From an uncultured Oscillospiraceae bacterium (lineage in GTDB: Bacteria; Bacillota; Clostridia; Oscillospirales; Oscillospiraceae): 55,588 nucleotides of DNA. Each line of letters begins with the position of its first letter. The stretch's first letter is position 1. Below, piece by piece: positions 28,301-38,098 of this stretch. The notes beneath the pieces were generated by a model that saw only the letters and a list, made by a program, of their open reading frames with translations, was not told the DNA's origin and did not search any database. Where the stretch lies: NCBI GenBank assembly GCA_900763995.1, contig CAAFMK010000036.1:1-55588 (forward strand), given 5' to 3'. A program made the translations under genes and the position numbers.

Positions 28301-30169
28301 TTGACCTATCAACCCACCTATAACTCCCGTGACCTGCGCTATAAAAGCCCCTATGGGGCAGTGACCTCCGGCACGCAGGTGCGCCTGTCCCTCCGGCCCC
28401 CCAGGGCAGAGGGCTACTCCCGGGCCGTTTTGACAGCCCGGTTTGAGAGCTGGAACGACAAGACACTCACCCTGCCCATGACCTGGGAGGGCTTTGAGCT
28501 CAGTCAAGATGTGTTCACCGCCCACCTCGATACCAGTGACTACATGGGTCTGGTGTGGTACTCCTTCCGGCTGGAGCGGCTGGACGGGCGCAAGCAGGAG
28601 CTTGGCCCCTACCAGCTCACCGTCTACGACGGCAGCCAGACTGTCCCCAGCTGGTACGGCGAGGGGGTCACCTATCAGATTTTCCCTGACCGCTTCTGCC
28701 GCAGCCGTATCCCTGACCCCTCTGGTATGGTAGGGGGACGAACCGTGCATGAGAACTGGGAGGAGATGCCGGTATACCTGCCCGACTCCCACGGAGAGGT
28801 ACGCAACCGGGATTTCTTTGGGGGCGATTTTCCCAGCATTATAGCAAAGCTGGACTACCTCAAGGAGCTGGGGGTGGAGACCCTCTACTTCAACCCTATT
28901 TTCGAGGCCGCAGAAAACCACCGCTACGGCACCGCCGACTACAGCCGGGTAGACCCCATGCTGGGCACCAACGAGGACTTCTCCCGCCTGTGTGAGGAAG
29001 CCCACCGCCGGGGGATGCGGGTGATGCTGGACGGAGTGTTTAACCACACGGGCTTTGTCAGCCGATACTTCAATGGGGACGGGTTCTATCCTGAACAGGG
29101 GGCCAGCCAGAGCTGGGACTCCCCCTACCGCCCATGGTTCAACTTCATTGAGTGGCCCAGAAAGTATGAGAGCTGGTGGGGGATCTACTCCCTGCCCGCC
29201 GTCAATGAGGGCGACCCCAGCTACCGGGACTTTATCTTCGGCGGGGAGGACAGTGTGGTGCGCCGCTGGCTTCGGGCCGGGGCAGACGGCTGGCGGCTGG
29301 ATGTGGCCGACGAGCTGCCCGACGACTTTGTACATGGCATCCACCAGGCCGCCCGAGAGACCAAGGACGATGCCGTGGTCATCGGTGAGGTGTGGGAGGA
29401 CGGCTCTACCAAGGTGGCATATGGGGTGCGACGCAAGCATATCTTAGGGGGCCACTGTGACGGTCTGATGAACTACCCTTTGCGAAACGCCATCCTGTCC
29501 TTTTTCACCGGTGGGGGTGGGGAGCGCTTTGTGGAGGGGATGGAGACCATTCGAGAGAACTATCCCCCCTTCGCCTTCTACTCCGCCATGAACTCTCTGG
29601 ACACCCATGACACCCCCCGTTTCCTCACCCTGATGGGGGCCGAGGGGGAGTACCGGGAGCAGTCCAAGCAGTGGCGGGCCGACTTTCGCCTATCCCCCAA
29701 GCAGCTGCGCAGGGGCAAGGACTTGCTCCGGGCCGCCGCCCTGCTGCTGTTTTGTTTCCCCGGCTCGCCCACCATCTACTACGGGGACGAGGTGGGCATG
29801 GAGGGCTTTGAGGACCCCTTCAACCGCCAGACCTACCCCTGGGGCCGGGAGGATATGGAGCTGCTGGACTGGTACCGCAAGCTGGGCCAGCTGCGCACCA
29901 GGTATAAGGCCCTGCGCCGGGGCTCCATCCAGTATCTGTACGGCAAAGGGCCCCTGCTGTCCTTTACCCGGCAGGAGGGGGCGGAGCATCTGCTGTGCGC
30001 CTTCAATGCCAGCGGCACCCCCCAGACCATGGCGCTGGAGCTGGAGGAAGCGCCCCGTCTCATTCTGGGTCAGGCCGAGAGCAAACTGGATGAGGAGGGC
30101 TTTTTCCTCACCCTGCCGCCCCACGCCGGGGCACTGCTGGCCCTGGGCGATACCCCCTCTCCGCTTTAA
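28301..30169 (+). CDS. GH13 glycoside hydrolase (neopullulanase/amylopullulanase-like)
   Basis: YQIFPDRF, LDGVFNH, GWRLDVADE, GEVW, DTHD; start is TTG 28301 or GTG 28292. Confidence 0.92.
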   Translation: MTYQPTYNSRDLRYKSPYGAVTSGTQVRLSLRPPRAEGYSRAVLTARFESWNDKTLTLPMTWEGFELSQDVFTAHLDTSDYMGLVWYSFRLERLDGRKQELGPYQLTVYDGSQTVPSWYGEGVTYQIFPDRFCRSRIPDPSGMVGGRTVHENWEEMPVYLPDSHGEVRNRDFFGGDFPSIIAKLDYLKELGVETLYFNPIFEAAENHRYGTADYSRVDPMLGTNEDFSRLCEEAHRRGMRVMLDGVFNHTGFVSRYFNGDGFYPEQGASQSWDSPYRPWFNFIEWPRKYESWWGIYSLPAVNEGDPSYRDFIFGGEDSVVRRWLRAGADGWRLDVADELPDDFVHGIHQAARETKDDAVVIGEVWEDGSTKVAYGVRRKHILGGHCDGLMNYPLRNAILSFFTGGGGERFVEGMETIRENYPPFAFYSAMNSLDTHDTPRFLTLMGAEGEYREQSKQWRADFRLSPKQLRRGKDLLRAAALLLFCFPGSPTIYYGDEVGMEGFEDPFNRQTYPWGREDMELLDWYRKLGQLRTRYKALRRGSIQYLYGKGPLLSFTRQEGAEHLLCAFNASGTPQTMALELEEAPRLILGQAESKLDEEGFFLTLPPHAGALLALGDTPSPL

Positions 30170-30190
30170 TAGCTGAATATAAAACATGGC

Positions 30191-30393
30191 AGCTTGTCGA
30201 AAAAAGCCCTCCTGCAAGGAGTTCCATCATCCGTAGATGATGGAATAAAATTTAAGCCTGTCATTTCCAGGGACATGCGCCTTGGAAATGACACTTCTCA
30301 CGAAATTTTTGAGGACAATTTCCCAAGAAATCGAGTTAAAAATTTCGTGCAGTCCAACTCGAAAAAGTGGCTTTGCCACTTTTTCGACAGTCT
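30191..30393. mobile_element. Non-autonomous MITE-like element with IS1182-like ends
   Basis: Imperfect terminal inverted repeats AGCTTGTCGAAAAA / TTTTTCGACAGTCT (12/14), CATGG on both flanks, four internal palindromes, second copy at 1-31; family assignment is from memory of end sequences. Confidence 0.7.
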
Positions 30394-30396
30394 CAT

Positions 30397-30421
30397 GGGT
30401 CACCTGAGTTTCAGGTGACCC
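30397..30421. terminator. Hairpin between convergent genes
   Basis: GGGTCACCTGA-GTT-TCAGGTGACCC. Confidence 0.65.
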
Positions 30422-30422
30422 A

Positions 30423-30935
30423 CTATTTTTTTACCTGATCCAGTTGTTTCAGCAGGGCCTGCGCCGCAACCCCGGTAAAGAGTCCGGCAACCACTCCCGC
30501 AATAAGCAAATAGGGGAGATAGGCCAGTACCGCCCAGGTTTTCATCATGGCGGCGGCGGCCAGCAGCTGTCCAATATTATGAAATACCCCGGATACCGGA
30601 CTGCACAGCCAGATCTGCTCTCTGGTCATCAGCTTTTTGAGCAGACACAGCACGCACCAGCTGAGCATACCCCCCGCTGCGCTGTATAGAAGTGTCATTA
30701 TCTGCCCGGAAAACACGGCACCCAGAAACATTCTGGCCCACAAAATGAGAAAAGCATCCCCAGGCCCCATAGAAAAGACCGCATACACCGTGACGATGTT
30801 GGCAAGTCCCAGCTTAATACCAGGCACCACAGTGACCACGGGCAACTGGGCCTCCACCATAAAGATGGTCAGGGCGATGGCGGTGAGCAGGGCCAGCCGG
30901 GTAATGCGTCTGGCCCCCTTAACCGGCCACCCCAT
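30423..30935 (-). CDS. Gx transporter family / heptaprenyl diphosphate synthase component I-like membrane protein (EetB-like)
   Basis: VEAQLP..PGIKLGLAN, YSAAGG, HNIGQL. Confidence 0.85.
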   Translation of the reverse strand: MGWPVKGARRITRLALLTAIALTIFMVEAQLPVVTVVPGIKLGLANIVTVYAVFSMGPGDAFLILWARMFLGAVFSGQIMTLLYSAAGGMLSWCVLCLLKKLMTREQIWLCSPVSGVFHNIGQLLAAAAMMKTWAVLAYLPYLLIAGVVAGLFTGVAAQALLKQLDQVKK

Positions 30936-31293
30936 CCAGCTCGCCCCCTCCCCCTGTAATTTCGATCATAACCTTGTGGGGGAGGCATACAATAGGGACG
31001 GTTCCATCTGAAATAAAGCCCTGATGGACACACACCTGATCGGGGCAGTCCGCCCCGCTGATCCGAATGCGCCCCGGCTCCACCAAAATGGTATTGGAAC
31101 CAGTTTCCCCCTCCACCACAAAGGAGTAGGGCTCCTCTACCTCGTCCAGCCTGATCTCCCGCAGCAGCTGCCCAGCTTGGGTGATGCGGGCCACAGGGGA
31201 TGGGGTGTCCTTTCTGGTCATCAGGATGGCCGCAAACGACACCCCTACCACCAGAAGGAGCAGGGCCACCGTCCATTTTGTCCCTTTGTTCAC
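30919..31293 (-). CDS. NusG domain II-containing protein (EetA-like)
   Basis: N-terminal TM helix, ADCPDQVCV..G.I....IVCLPH. Confidence 0.88.
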   Translation of the reverse strand: MNKGTKWTVALLLLVVGVSFAAILMTRKDTPSPVARITQAGQLLREIRLDEVEEPYSFVVEGETGSNTILVEPGRIRISGADCPDQVCVHQGFISDGTVPIVCLPHKVMIEITGGGGELDGVAG

Positions 31294-32339
31294 TGCAGCA
31301 CCTTCACTTTCCCACTGTGTTCCTGTGCAGGGGAGAACTGTTCCTCCAGCCCGGGGGTGAGGTAGATCTCCCCCTCATCGGTGATAAAAAGGGCCTGAAA
31401 ATCAAGCTCTGGGTGATCTCTCCAGAACTGCGTGCCCTCCTCCAGCCCCATCACAAACAGGGCGGTGGACAGCCCGTCACAGGTGAGGGCCGACGGGCTG
31501 ACCACTGTAACCAAGGCCAGCCCGCTCCGGGCGGGGGCGGCGGTATCCGGGTCTATGATGTGCCAATAGGTCTGCCCATTCTCCTCAAAAAACCGCTGGT
31601 AGCCCCCAGAGGTGCCCACCGCCAGATCTGCAAGCTCCAGCACCCCCAGATAGTCCCGCCGCCCAAAGGGGTCTTGTATCCCGATCCGCCAGGGTGTGCC
31701 ATCCGGCTTGGTGCCAATGGTCACAATGGTGCTCTGGCCCAGATCCAGCAGTGCGGAGGTGACCCCCTGTTCCTTTAACGCTGGCACCAGCACATCCCCC
31801 GCATAGCCCTTAGCCACCGCCCCCAGATCCAGCTGCATGGGTTCAGGCAGGCGTGCCCCGGTGTCGGAGAGCTCCAACATGGTATAGTCGATGTGTTCTG
31901 CCAGCTCTGCCAGCTCCTGGGGTGGGGGCACCCGGTAGTTTTTGGAGAGGAAGCCCCATGCCTCAAGGGCTGGGTAGGTGGTGAGATCCAGCGCGCCCCT
32001 AGTCTGCTGGCACAGGGCCAGACTGTCCTTTAGCAAGGGGAGCAGCTGGGGCAGCTCCACCCACTGCCCGCCGCTGTGGTTAAGGGCATAAATGGGGCTG
32101 TCCTCTCTGGTGGCAGACATCTCCTGTTCAAGGGCGTAGACCTGCTCCACCGCACTGTTGAGCGCCTGTGTCCCGTCCTGCTTTTCCGGGGGATAGATGG
32201 TCAGATTCATCACAGTGTCCATGGCAAAAATGGTGCTCTGGGCAGGTTCTGTCTGTTTTTGGCAGCCTGTAACCAGCAGCAGGGTGACCAGCAGCGCTGT
32301 CAGCAGGCCAGCGGGGACGGGGCGTTGGATTTTTCTCAT
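31290..32339 (-). CDS. apbE: FAD:protein FMN transferase (ApbE/FmnB), lipoprotein
   Basis: Lipobox VTGC, AMDT, DLGAVAKGY, TSGGYQR, HIIDP, DGLSTALF; AGGAGG RBS. Confidence 0.93.
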   Translation of the reverse strand: MRKIQRPVPAGLLTALLVTLLLVTGCQKQTEPAQSTIFAMDTVMNLTIYPPEKQDGTQALNSAVEQVYALEQEMSATREDSPIYALNHSGGQWVELPQLLPLLKDSLALCQQTRGALDLTTYPALEAWGFLSKNYRVPPPQELAELAEHIDYTMLELSDTGARLPEPMQLDLGAVAKGYAGDVLVPALKEQGVTSALLDLGQSTIVTIGTKPDGTPWRIGIQDPFGRRDYLGVLELADLAVGTSGGYQRFFEENGQTYWHIIDPDTAAPARSGLALVTVVSPSALTCDGLSTALFVMGLEEGTQFWRDHPELDFQALFITDEGEIYLTPGLEEQFSPAQEHSGKVKVLQ

Positions 32340-32368
32340 GGGGTGGGCCTCCTTTTGTTTCCGCACGG

Positions 32369-32611
32369 TTATCGGACTTCCCGATACATGGCCGCCGCAT
32401 CGGCCTTGCCCACATTGTCGGCCACCACCAGCACCTCCACCTTGACGGTGTTGGTACCAAATTTCAGCTCCAGCTCATCCCCCACCTTCACATCATAGCT
32501 GGCCTTTACAGGCCGGCCATTGGCGGTGACACGGGCGTTGTCACAGGCCTCGTTGGCCACAGTGCGGCGCTTGATGAGCCGGGAAACCTTTAACCATTTA
32601 TCCAGTCGCAT
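32369..32611 (-). CDS. yabO: S4-domain RNA-binding protein (YabO/RqcP)
   Basis: MRLDKWLKVSRLIKRRTVANEAC..KVGD. Confidence 0.92.
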   Translation of the reverse strand: MRLDKWLKVSRLIKRRTVANEACDNARVTANGRPVKASYDVKVGDELELKFGTNTVKVEVLVVADNVGKADAAAMYREVR

Positions 32612-32678
32612 GGATCGTTCCTCCTTGTGTGAAATAAGCGGGGACACTGTGGCACAGCATCCCCGCTTCATCTTAAAC

Positions 32679-32954
32679 TTACTTGGACACAGCGTCCTTC
32701 AAAGCCTTGCCGGCCTTAAACACCGGGGCCTTAGAGGCAGGAATGGGAATGGGCTCCTGGCTCTTGGGGTTGCGGCCCATCCGCTCTGCGCGCTTTTTCA
32801 CCTCAAAGGAGCCAAAGCCCACCAGCTGAACCTTCTCCTCTCTCTGGAGTGCCTCAGTAATGGTCTCGACCATTGCGGTGATGGCGGCCTCAGTGTCCTT
32901 CTTGGACAGCTCGGCCTTTTCTGCCACAGCAGCGATCAATTCATTCTTATTCAT
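32679..32954 (-). CDS. hup: DNA-binding protein HU
   Basis: [26 protein letters not shown]. Confidence 0.96.
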   Translation of the reverse strand: MNKNELIAAVAEKAELSKKDTEAAITAMVETITEALQREEKVQLVGFGSFEVKKRAERMGRNPKSQEPIPIPASKAPVFKAGKALKDAVSK

Positions 32955-33181
32955 AGTTATTCTCCTCCTGTGCATATCTGGCAGCGTTGGGATTGGGGCT
33001 GCCGCCCATTATATACTTAAGGCAAAACTGCATCCTTGTGGGAGGGACAAGCTGCTCAGAAAGATATTATCAGAAGGGGAGTTTGCTTATAGCTCTGACT
33101 GGTCATAAATGATTTCCCAATTTATCACACAAATCTCCCACAAAACTTGAAAAGCATACTTGTGCAATCCTGCCTTGAAGC

Positions 33182-33997
33182 CTAATTACAAGCTGTGTTC
33201 TCTCCTTGGCCAGTGCGCTCCTCATCCTTGGCTTGCTGCCACAGCTGCTCCAGCCGGGGCACATCCATCTGGGACAAGGGAGCCTGGGCCAGCTCCTCCA
33301 CCCGGCCAAACCGGCGGATAAACTTCTCGCAGGCCCTCTGCAGGGCCTCCTCACCGCTCACCCCGGCAAATCGCCCCACCTTGACTGCGGCAAACAGCAG
33401 GTCACCCAGCTCCTCTGACACATTGGTATTGTGTTCCACCGCCTGGCGCAGCTCAAAGAGCTCCTCAGTGAGTTTATCCAGGGCGGGGGCCACATCCTGC
33501 CAGTCAAAGCCAGCCTTTTGGGCCTTACTCTGGATCTTCTCTGCCCGCACCAGGGCGGGGAGGGCATGGGCCACACTTTCCATGGCCTCTTTTGTGGTAC
33601 GCTGGCCCTTTTCCTGTCGCTTCTGCTCATCCCAGGTGGACAGGGCTCCCTGACTATCCTGTGCAGAACGGGAACCAAATACGTGGGGGTGGCGGAACAC
33701 CAGCTTTTGGCTGATCCCATCCACCACATCTGCAAAGGTAAACGCCCCGGCCTCCTGGGCCATACAGGCGTGGAACACCACCTGGAGTAGAACATCCCCC
33801 AGCTCCTCTTTCAGATTGCTCATATCGTTGTGGTCAATGGCATCCGCAGCCTCATAGGCCTCCTCCAGCATATTCTGCCGAATGGACTGGTGGGTCTGCT
33901 CCCGATCCCAGGGGCACCCCTTGGGAGAGCGGAGGATCTCCATAATGCGCAGCAGATCCTCCATGCTGTAATTGGTGTTACTCTGAAAATTTACCAC
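33182..33997 (-). CDS. mazG: Nucleoside triphosphate pyrophosphohydrolase MazG
   Basis: GCPWDREQT, EEAYE, EELGD twice, RHPHVF. Confidence 0.95.
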   Translation of the reverse strand: MVNFQSNTNYSMEDLLRIMEILRSPKGCPWDREQTHQSIRQNMLEEAYEAADAIDHNDMSNLKEELGDVLLQVVFHACMAQEAGAFTFADVVDGISQKLVFRHPHVFGSRSAQDSQGALSTWDEQKRQEKGQRTTKEAMESVAHALPALVRAEKIQSKAQKAGFDWQDVAPALDKLTEELFELRQAVEHNTNVSEELGDLLFAAVKVGRFAGVSGEEALQRACEKFIRRFGRVEELAQAPLSQMDVPRLEQLWQQAKDEERTGQGENTACN

Positions 33998-34048
33998 AGT
34001 TTATCTTCCTTATCAAGCCATTTTTATCTTTTTTGGGGGAAATGTGAA

Positions 34049-35905
34049 TCAGAGATGGAATATCTTTGCAATTTTATCCCCCTTGGGCATCAGCGCCAAA
34101 TCGTCTTTGGACAGCGCACCCAGCAGGATGACCAGCACCAGATAGATCACCATAGCCACCCCGATTGCCCCCAGTGTGGCAATGGCATTCCCTGTCCAGC
34201 TGATGACCCGAATGGTCTCCCCGTCAGGCACTCGGGACAGCAGACGAAATAGGAAGCCATACATGGCCCAGGCCGCACCGCCCATAATGACAGAGGCGAT
34301 CATAGGCTTTAGGAAAATCTGGCTGAACCGGGGGTGGTGGAGGATGACCCGGGACACCAAAATGAGATCCAGCCCCAAACACAACATAAAGCACAGCACA
34401 CTGCCGATGGGTGCCCCATAGATCCCCATGGTGGGCATACCCACCAGATTGTAGTTGGTCACAACCTTGACCGCACCACCCAGCACCATGACGATCACAG
34501 GCATAGTTACAAATCCATAGGCCTGGAGCACTGAGTTGCACACCAGCGTCACACAGGAGAATAGGGCAGTCAGCCCCAGGGTGGACAGCAGGGAGCCAGC
34601 CAGCTCCGCATTCAGGCTGGTAAACAGCAGCCGGATGATGGGGGTGCCCAGCACAAATAGACCCATACCCATAGGGAAGGAGACCAGCGCTGTGATGCGC
34701 AGAGCGGAGCCGGAGATACGGGCTGCCCCCCGGTAGTCATGGCGGGCCAGATTGCTGGACACCGCAGGAATGACAGAGGCGGTGATGGCCGCCATCAAAG
34801 AGGTGGGCAGGTTATAGATGTTGATCGCGCTGGAATAATTTCCATACAGCGTGCGGCTCACATCCTGGAGCGCATCATTGAGGGTCAGCACTGCGGTGTC
34901 CAGCGCCGTGGGGGCCTGACTTGCCAGGGCGTGCTCCACCTGCTGGGTGAGGGTGGCCATGTTGGCCGCTGCCCCAGAGCTCATGGCCTGTTTCCAGCCG
35001 CTGATGGCCCTATCCAATGTGGAGAAATCCACATGGCCGCTATATAAGACCCAGCTGCTGGGGTCCTCCAGCAGCACCCGCTGGAGCTGGCCCTGCACCA
35101 GAGCGGAGTCGATCACCGTCACAATCCCCACCATGGAGGAGCTGAGGGTGATGGGGATGGCAATGCACAAAATTTCCTTCAAAATGGTACCACTGCCATC
35201 GGGCACATCCCGGGACAGGTGGTTTTCATGTAAATTGCGCCGTATATGGTGAAATGCCATGTACACCACCGCCACAATGGTGCCCACTGTAACTCCTGTA
35301 ATGGCTCCAGCGGCGGCAGTATCCGCACTTTGCCCCATCCTGATCATCCAAAAAGCCAGACTCAGCCCCACAAAGAGCTTGCACAGGGCCTCAATGATCT
35401 GGGATACCGCAGTGGGGCCCATGTCCTCATGTCCCTGGGCATAGCCCCGGAAGGCGGACAGGCAGCCCACACACACCACGGCCGGGGCCAGGGCCCGGAT
35501 ACCGGCGGCGGCCTTGTCGTCATTCATCATAGCCGCCAGGGCATCGGCCTTGAAGAACATGATCAGAAAGGAGAGGGCACCCACCCCCAGAAACAGGGTC
35601 AGGGACAATCGGAAGATCTTTTTGACCTGGTTGCGCTTGCCAAGGGCATTGGCCTCAGAGACCAGCTTGGATACCGCAACGGGCAGTCCGGCGGTGGAGA
35701 TGGTAAGCAGTACGGAGTAGATATAGTAGGCGTTGTTGAAATCGGCGCTGCCCTGCTCCCCGATGATGTTGGTCAGGGGGATTTTGTAGAACATACCGAT
35801 TAGCTTGACCACCAGAATTCCTACGGCCAAAATGGCGGCACCGCCAAAAAAAGTGCTTTGCTTTTGTCCGCTTAACCGGCGGGGTGATGAATTATGCTGG
35901 GCCAT
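34049..35905 (-). CDS. MOP-family flippase (YabM/SpoVB/MurJ-like)
   Basis: GAAIL, YKIPL, STAGLPVAVSKLVS, FRGY.QG, PTAVSQIIE; yabM-mazG-hup-yabO synteny. Confidence 0.88.
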   Translation of the reverse strand: MAQHNSSPRRLSGQKQSTFFGGAAILAVGILVVKLIGMFYKIPLTNIIGEQGSADFNNAYYIYSVLLTISTAGLPVAVSKLVSEANALGKRNQVKKIFRLSLTLFLGVGALSFLIMFFKADALAAMMNDDKAAAGIRALAPAVVCVGCLSAFRGYAQGHEDMGPTAVSQIIEALCKLFVGLSLAFWMIRMGQSADTAAAGAITGVTVGTIVAVVYMAFHHIRRNLHENHLSRDVPDGSGTILKEILCIAIPITLSSSMVGIVTVIDSALVQGQLQRVLLEDPSSWVLYSGHVDFSTLDRAISGWKQAMSSGAAANMATLTQQVEHALASQAPTALDTAVLTLNDALQDVSRTLYGNYSSAINIYNLPTSLMAAITASVIPAVSSNLARHDYRGAARISGSALRITALVSFPMGMGLFVLGTPIIRLLFTSLNAELAGSLLSTLGLTALFSCVTLVCNSVLQAYGFVTMPVIVMVLGGAVKVVTNYNLVGMPTMGIYGAPIGSVLCFMLCLGLDLILVSRVILHHPRFSQIFLKPMIASVIMGGAAWAMYGFLFRLLSRVPDGETIRVISWTGNAIATLGAIGVAMVIYLVLVILLGALSKDDLALMPKGDKIAKIFHL

Positions 35906-35920
35906 GGGCAGCCTCCTGTA

Positions 35921-37222
35921 TCAACCAAAAATACGGGGTAGGGCGTAGTTCTCCACCTCGGCCCGGATCTGCTCCATGTCCAGAGTGAAAAACTCCCCCT
36001 TCTCATATATGACCTTACCCCGGGCCATATTCATGGAGACATCAGACCCCCGGGCAGAGAACACCAGATTCTCCTCCGTATCGTGGCATGGGGTGAGGCT
36101 GGGCCGGGTGAAGTCCACCAAAATGAGATCGGCCACTTTGCCCGGCGCAATGACTCCGGTATCCCGTCCCAGTGCTCTGGCCCCGTTCACGGTGGCCATC
36201 TCCAGCGCCTGACGGGCGGAGACCGCCAGAGGATCGCAGTTTACCCCCTTGTGGAGGATGGCGGCCAGCTTGATCTCCTCAAAGAGGTCACAGTTATTGT
36301 TAGAGGCCACCCCATCGGTGCCCAGTGCCACATTGACGCCGGCCTTCAACAGCTCGGGCACCCGGGCCACACCAGAGCCCAGCTTTAAGTTGGACACCGG
36401 GTTGTGGACAGCGGTAATGTGCCGCTGGGCCATCAGCTCCATATCCTCATCGCTGACCCAGACGCAGTGGGCGGCGGTGGCCCCCCGGGCCCACACCCCG
36501 TACTGGTCGAGCAGGGCCACCGGTGTCTTGCCGTATTTGGCCAGGCACTGCTCATGTTCCAGCCTGGTCTCTGACACATGGATGTGCATCCCCAGCTTAT
36601 GGTCAGCGGCGTAGTCGGCCATCCACTGCCACAAAGGGGCGCAGGAGGTATACTCCCCGTGGATGGAGGCATCCACTAGGATCTGCCCCTCTCCCGCTCC
36701 GTGCCACTGCTGGGTCAGGTCGATCTGATTGCGGCAGTCGCCGCAGGTGTCAGGGGAAAACTGGTCGGGATCTCCAAAATACACCCCGCCGCAAGAGAGG
36801 TTGGCGCTGATCCCCGCTTTGTACACCTGCTGGGCGATGACATGGCTTTTCATGTACATATCCACAATACAGGTGGTACCAGAGGCGATCATCTCCGCCA
36901 GCCCCAGGGCCGTCCCGGCGGCAATGGCCCGCTCGTCCAGCTTGGCCTCTGCGGGGAAGATAAAGTCGTGGAGCCAGTGCTGCAAATCATGTCCACCGCC
37001 ATAGCCCCGGAGCAGGGTCATGGGTACATGGGTGTGGCAGTTGACAAGGCCGGGCATCAGCACTTGGCCCTGCCCGTCGATCACACGGTCAAACTCCCCC
37101 ATTGGTCTGGTTGTGCCCACACAGGAGATCTTGCTGCCCTCCACCCCAACAAAGGCGTTATGGAGGACAGGCTGGGCTGGGTCCATGGTGACAGCGGTAA
37201 CATTTTGGAACAGAATTGACAT
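35921..37222 (-). CDS. mtaD: 5'-methylthioadenosine/SAH deaminase-like amidohydrolase
   Basis: PGLVNCHTH, HIHVSET, AAHCVW, HNPVSNLKL, LGTDG. Confidence 0.82.
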   Translation of the reverse strand: MSILFQNVTAVTMDPAQPVLHNAFVGVEGSKISCVGTTRPMGEFDRVIDGQGQVLMPGLVNCHTHVPMTLLRGYGGGHDLQHWLHDFIFPAEAKLDERAIAAGTALGLAEMIASGTTCIVDMYMKSHVIAQQVYKAGISANLSCGGVYFGDPDQFSPDTCGDCRNQIDLTQQWHGAGEGQILVDASIHGEYTSCAPLWQWMADYAADHKLGMHIHVSETRLEHEQCLAKYGKTPVALLDQYGVWARGATAAHCVWVSDEDMELMAQRHITAVHNPVSNLKLGSGVARVPELLKAGVNVALGTDGVASNNNCDLFEEIKLAAILHKGVNCDPLAVSARQALEMATVNGARALGRDTGVIAPGKVADLILVDFTRPSLTPCHDTEENLVFSARGSDVSMNMARGKVIYEKGEFFTLDMEQIRAEVENYALPRIFG

Positions 37223-37260
37223 GAATTTCTCCTTACAGAACGAATTGAGCCCCCAGGCCC

Positions 37261-38085
37261 TTACAGCTTGGACAGGCAGGCCCGCACCAGCCCGGAGAAC
37301 TTCTCCCGGGCCGCTTCGGCGGCGTCCAGCACCTCCTGCTCGCTAAGGGGCTGATCCAGGATCCCGGTAGCCATGTTGGACAGCAGGGTCAGCCCCAGCA
37401 CCTCCATGCCGCAGTGGCCCGCCACGATGACCTCGGGGGCGGTGGACATCCCCACCGCATCGCCCCCCAGCAGACGGGTGGCTCGGATCTCCGCCGGGGT
37501 CTCATACTGGGGGCCGTAACAGTAGAAGTATATGCCTTCTCGCAGAGGAATACCCCGCTCCTGAGCAGTTTTTCTGGCCAGCTCCTGCAATCTGGCAGTG
37601 TAGAGGTGGGAGGCGTCTGGGAACCGAACCCCAAATTCGGGCAGGTTCTCCCCCCGGAGGGGGGATTCAGAAAACATCTTGATATGGTCAGTGATGAGCA
37701 TCAGATCCCCAGCCTTCCACTGGGTGTTGACGCATCCGGCGGCATTGGTGACAATAAGGGTGTCACAGCCCAGCAGCCGCAGCACCCGAACGGCATAGGA
37801 CACCTCCTCGTAGGAGTAGCCCTCGTAGTGGTGCATCCGCCCCTGCATCACGGCCACCCGCTGGCCCTCCAGCATCCCAAAAACCAGGTGGCCCTTGTGG
37901 CCGGGGGCGGTGGAGGCCTTAAAGTTGGGGATGTCCCCATAGGAGATGGCAATGGCGTCCTCCACCTCGTCAGCCAGATAGCCAAGGCCAGAGCCCAGTA
38001 CCATGGCCACCTTGGGGACAAAGCCACCCAGCTTGGCCTGAATGGCCTGTGCGCTGGCTTTGTAGTGCTCCATTGTGTAGTTCAC
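37261..38085 (-). CDS. punA: Purine-nucleoside phosphorylase (trimeric type)
   Basis: LGSGLG, GRMHHYEG, TNAAG, GPQYETPAE, VGMST; GTG start after AAGGAGG. Confidence 0.93.
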   Translation of the reverse strand: MNYTMEHYKASAQAIQAKLGGFVPKVAMVLGSGLGYLADEVEDAIAISYGDIPNFKASTAPGHKGHLVFGMLEGQRVAVMQGRMHHYEGYSYEEVSYAVRVLRLLGCDTLIVTNAAGCVNTQWKAGDLMLITDHIKMFSESPLRGENLPEFGVRFPDASHLYTARLQELARKTAQERGIPLREGIYFYCYGPQYETPAEIRATRLLGGDAVGMSTAPEVIVAGHCGMEVLGLTLLSNMATGILDQPLSEQEVLDAAEAAREKFSGLVRACLSKL

Positions 38086-38098
38086 AGCGGCCCCCTCC

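Noticed and set aside
30191..30393. Possible CRISPR array
   Set aside because: The four palindromes differ in sequence, there is no repeat-spacer periodicity, and no cas genes are present.
30194..30418. 74-aa ORF inside the MITE-like element
   Set aside because: TTG start without an RBS, no transposase motif, and the sequence is explained by palindromes.
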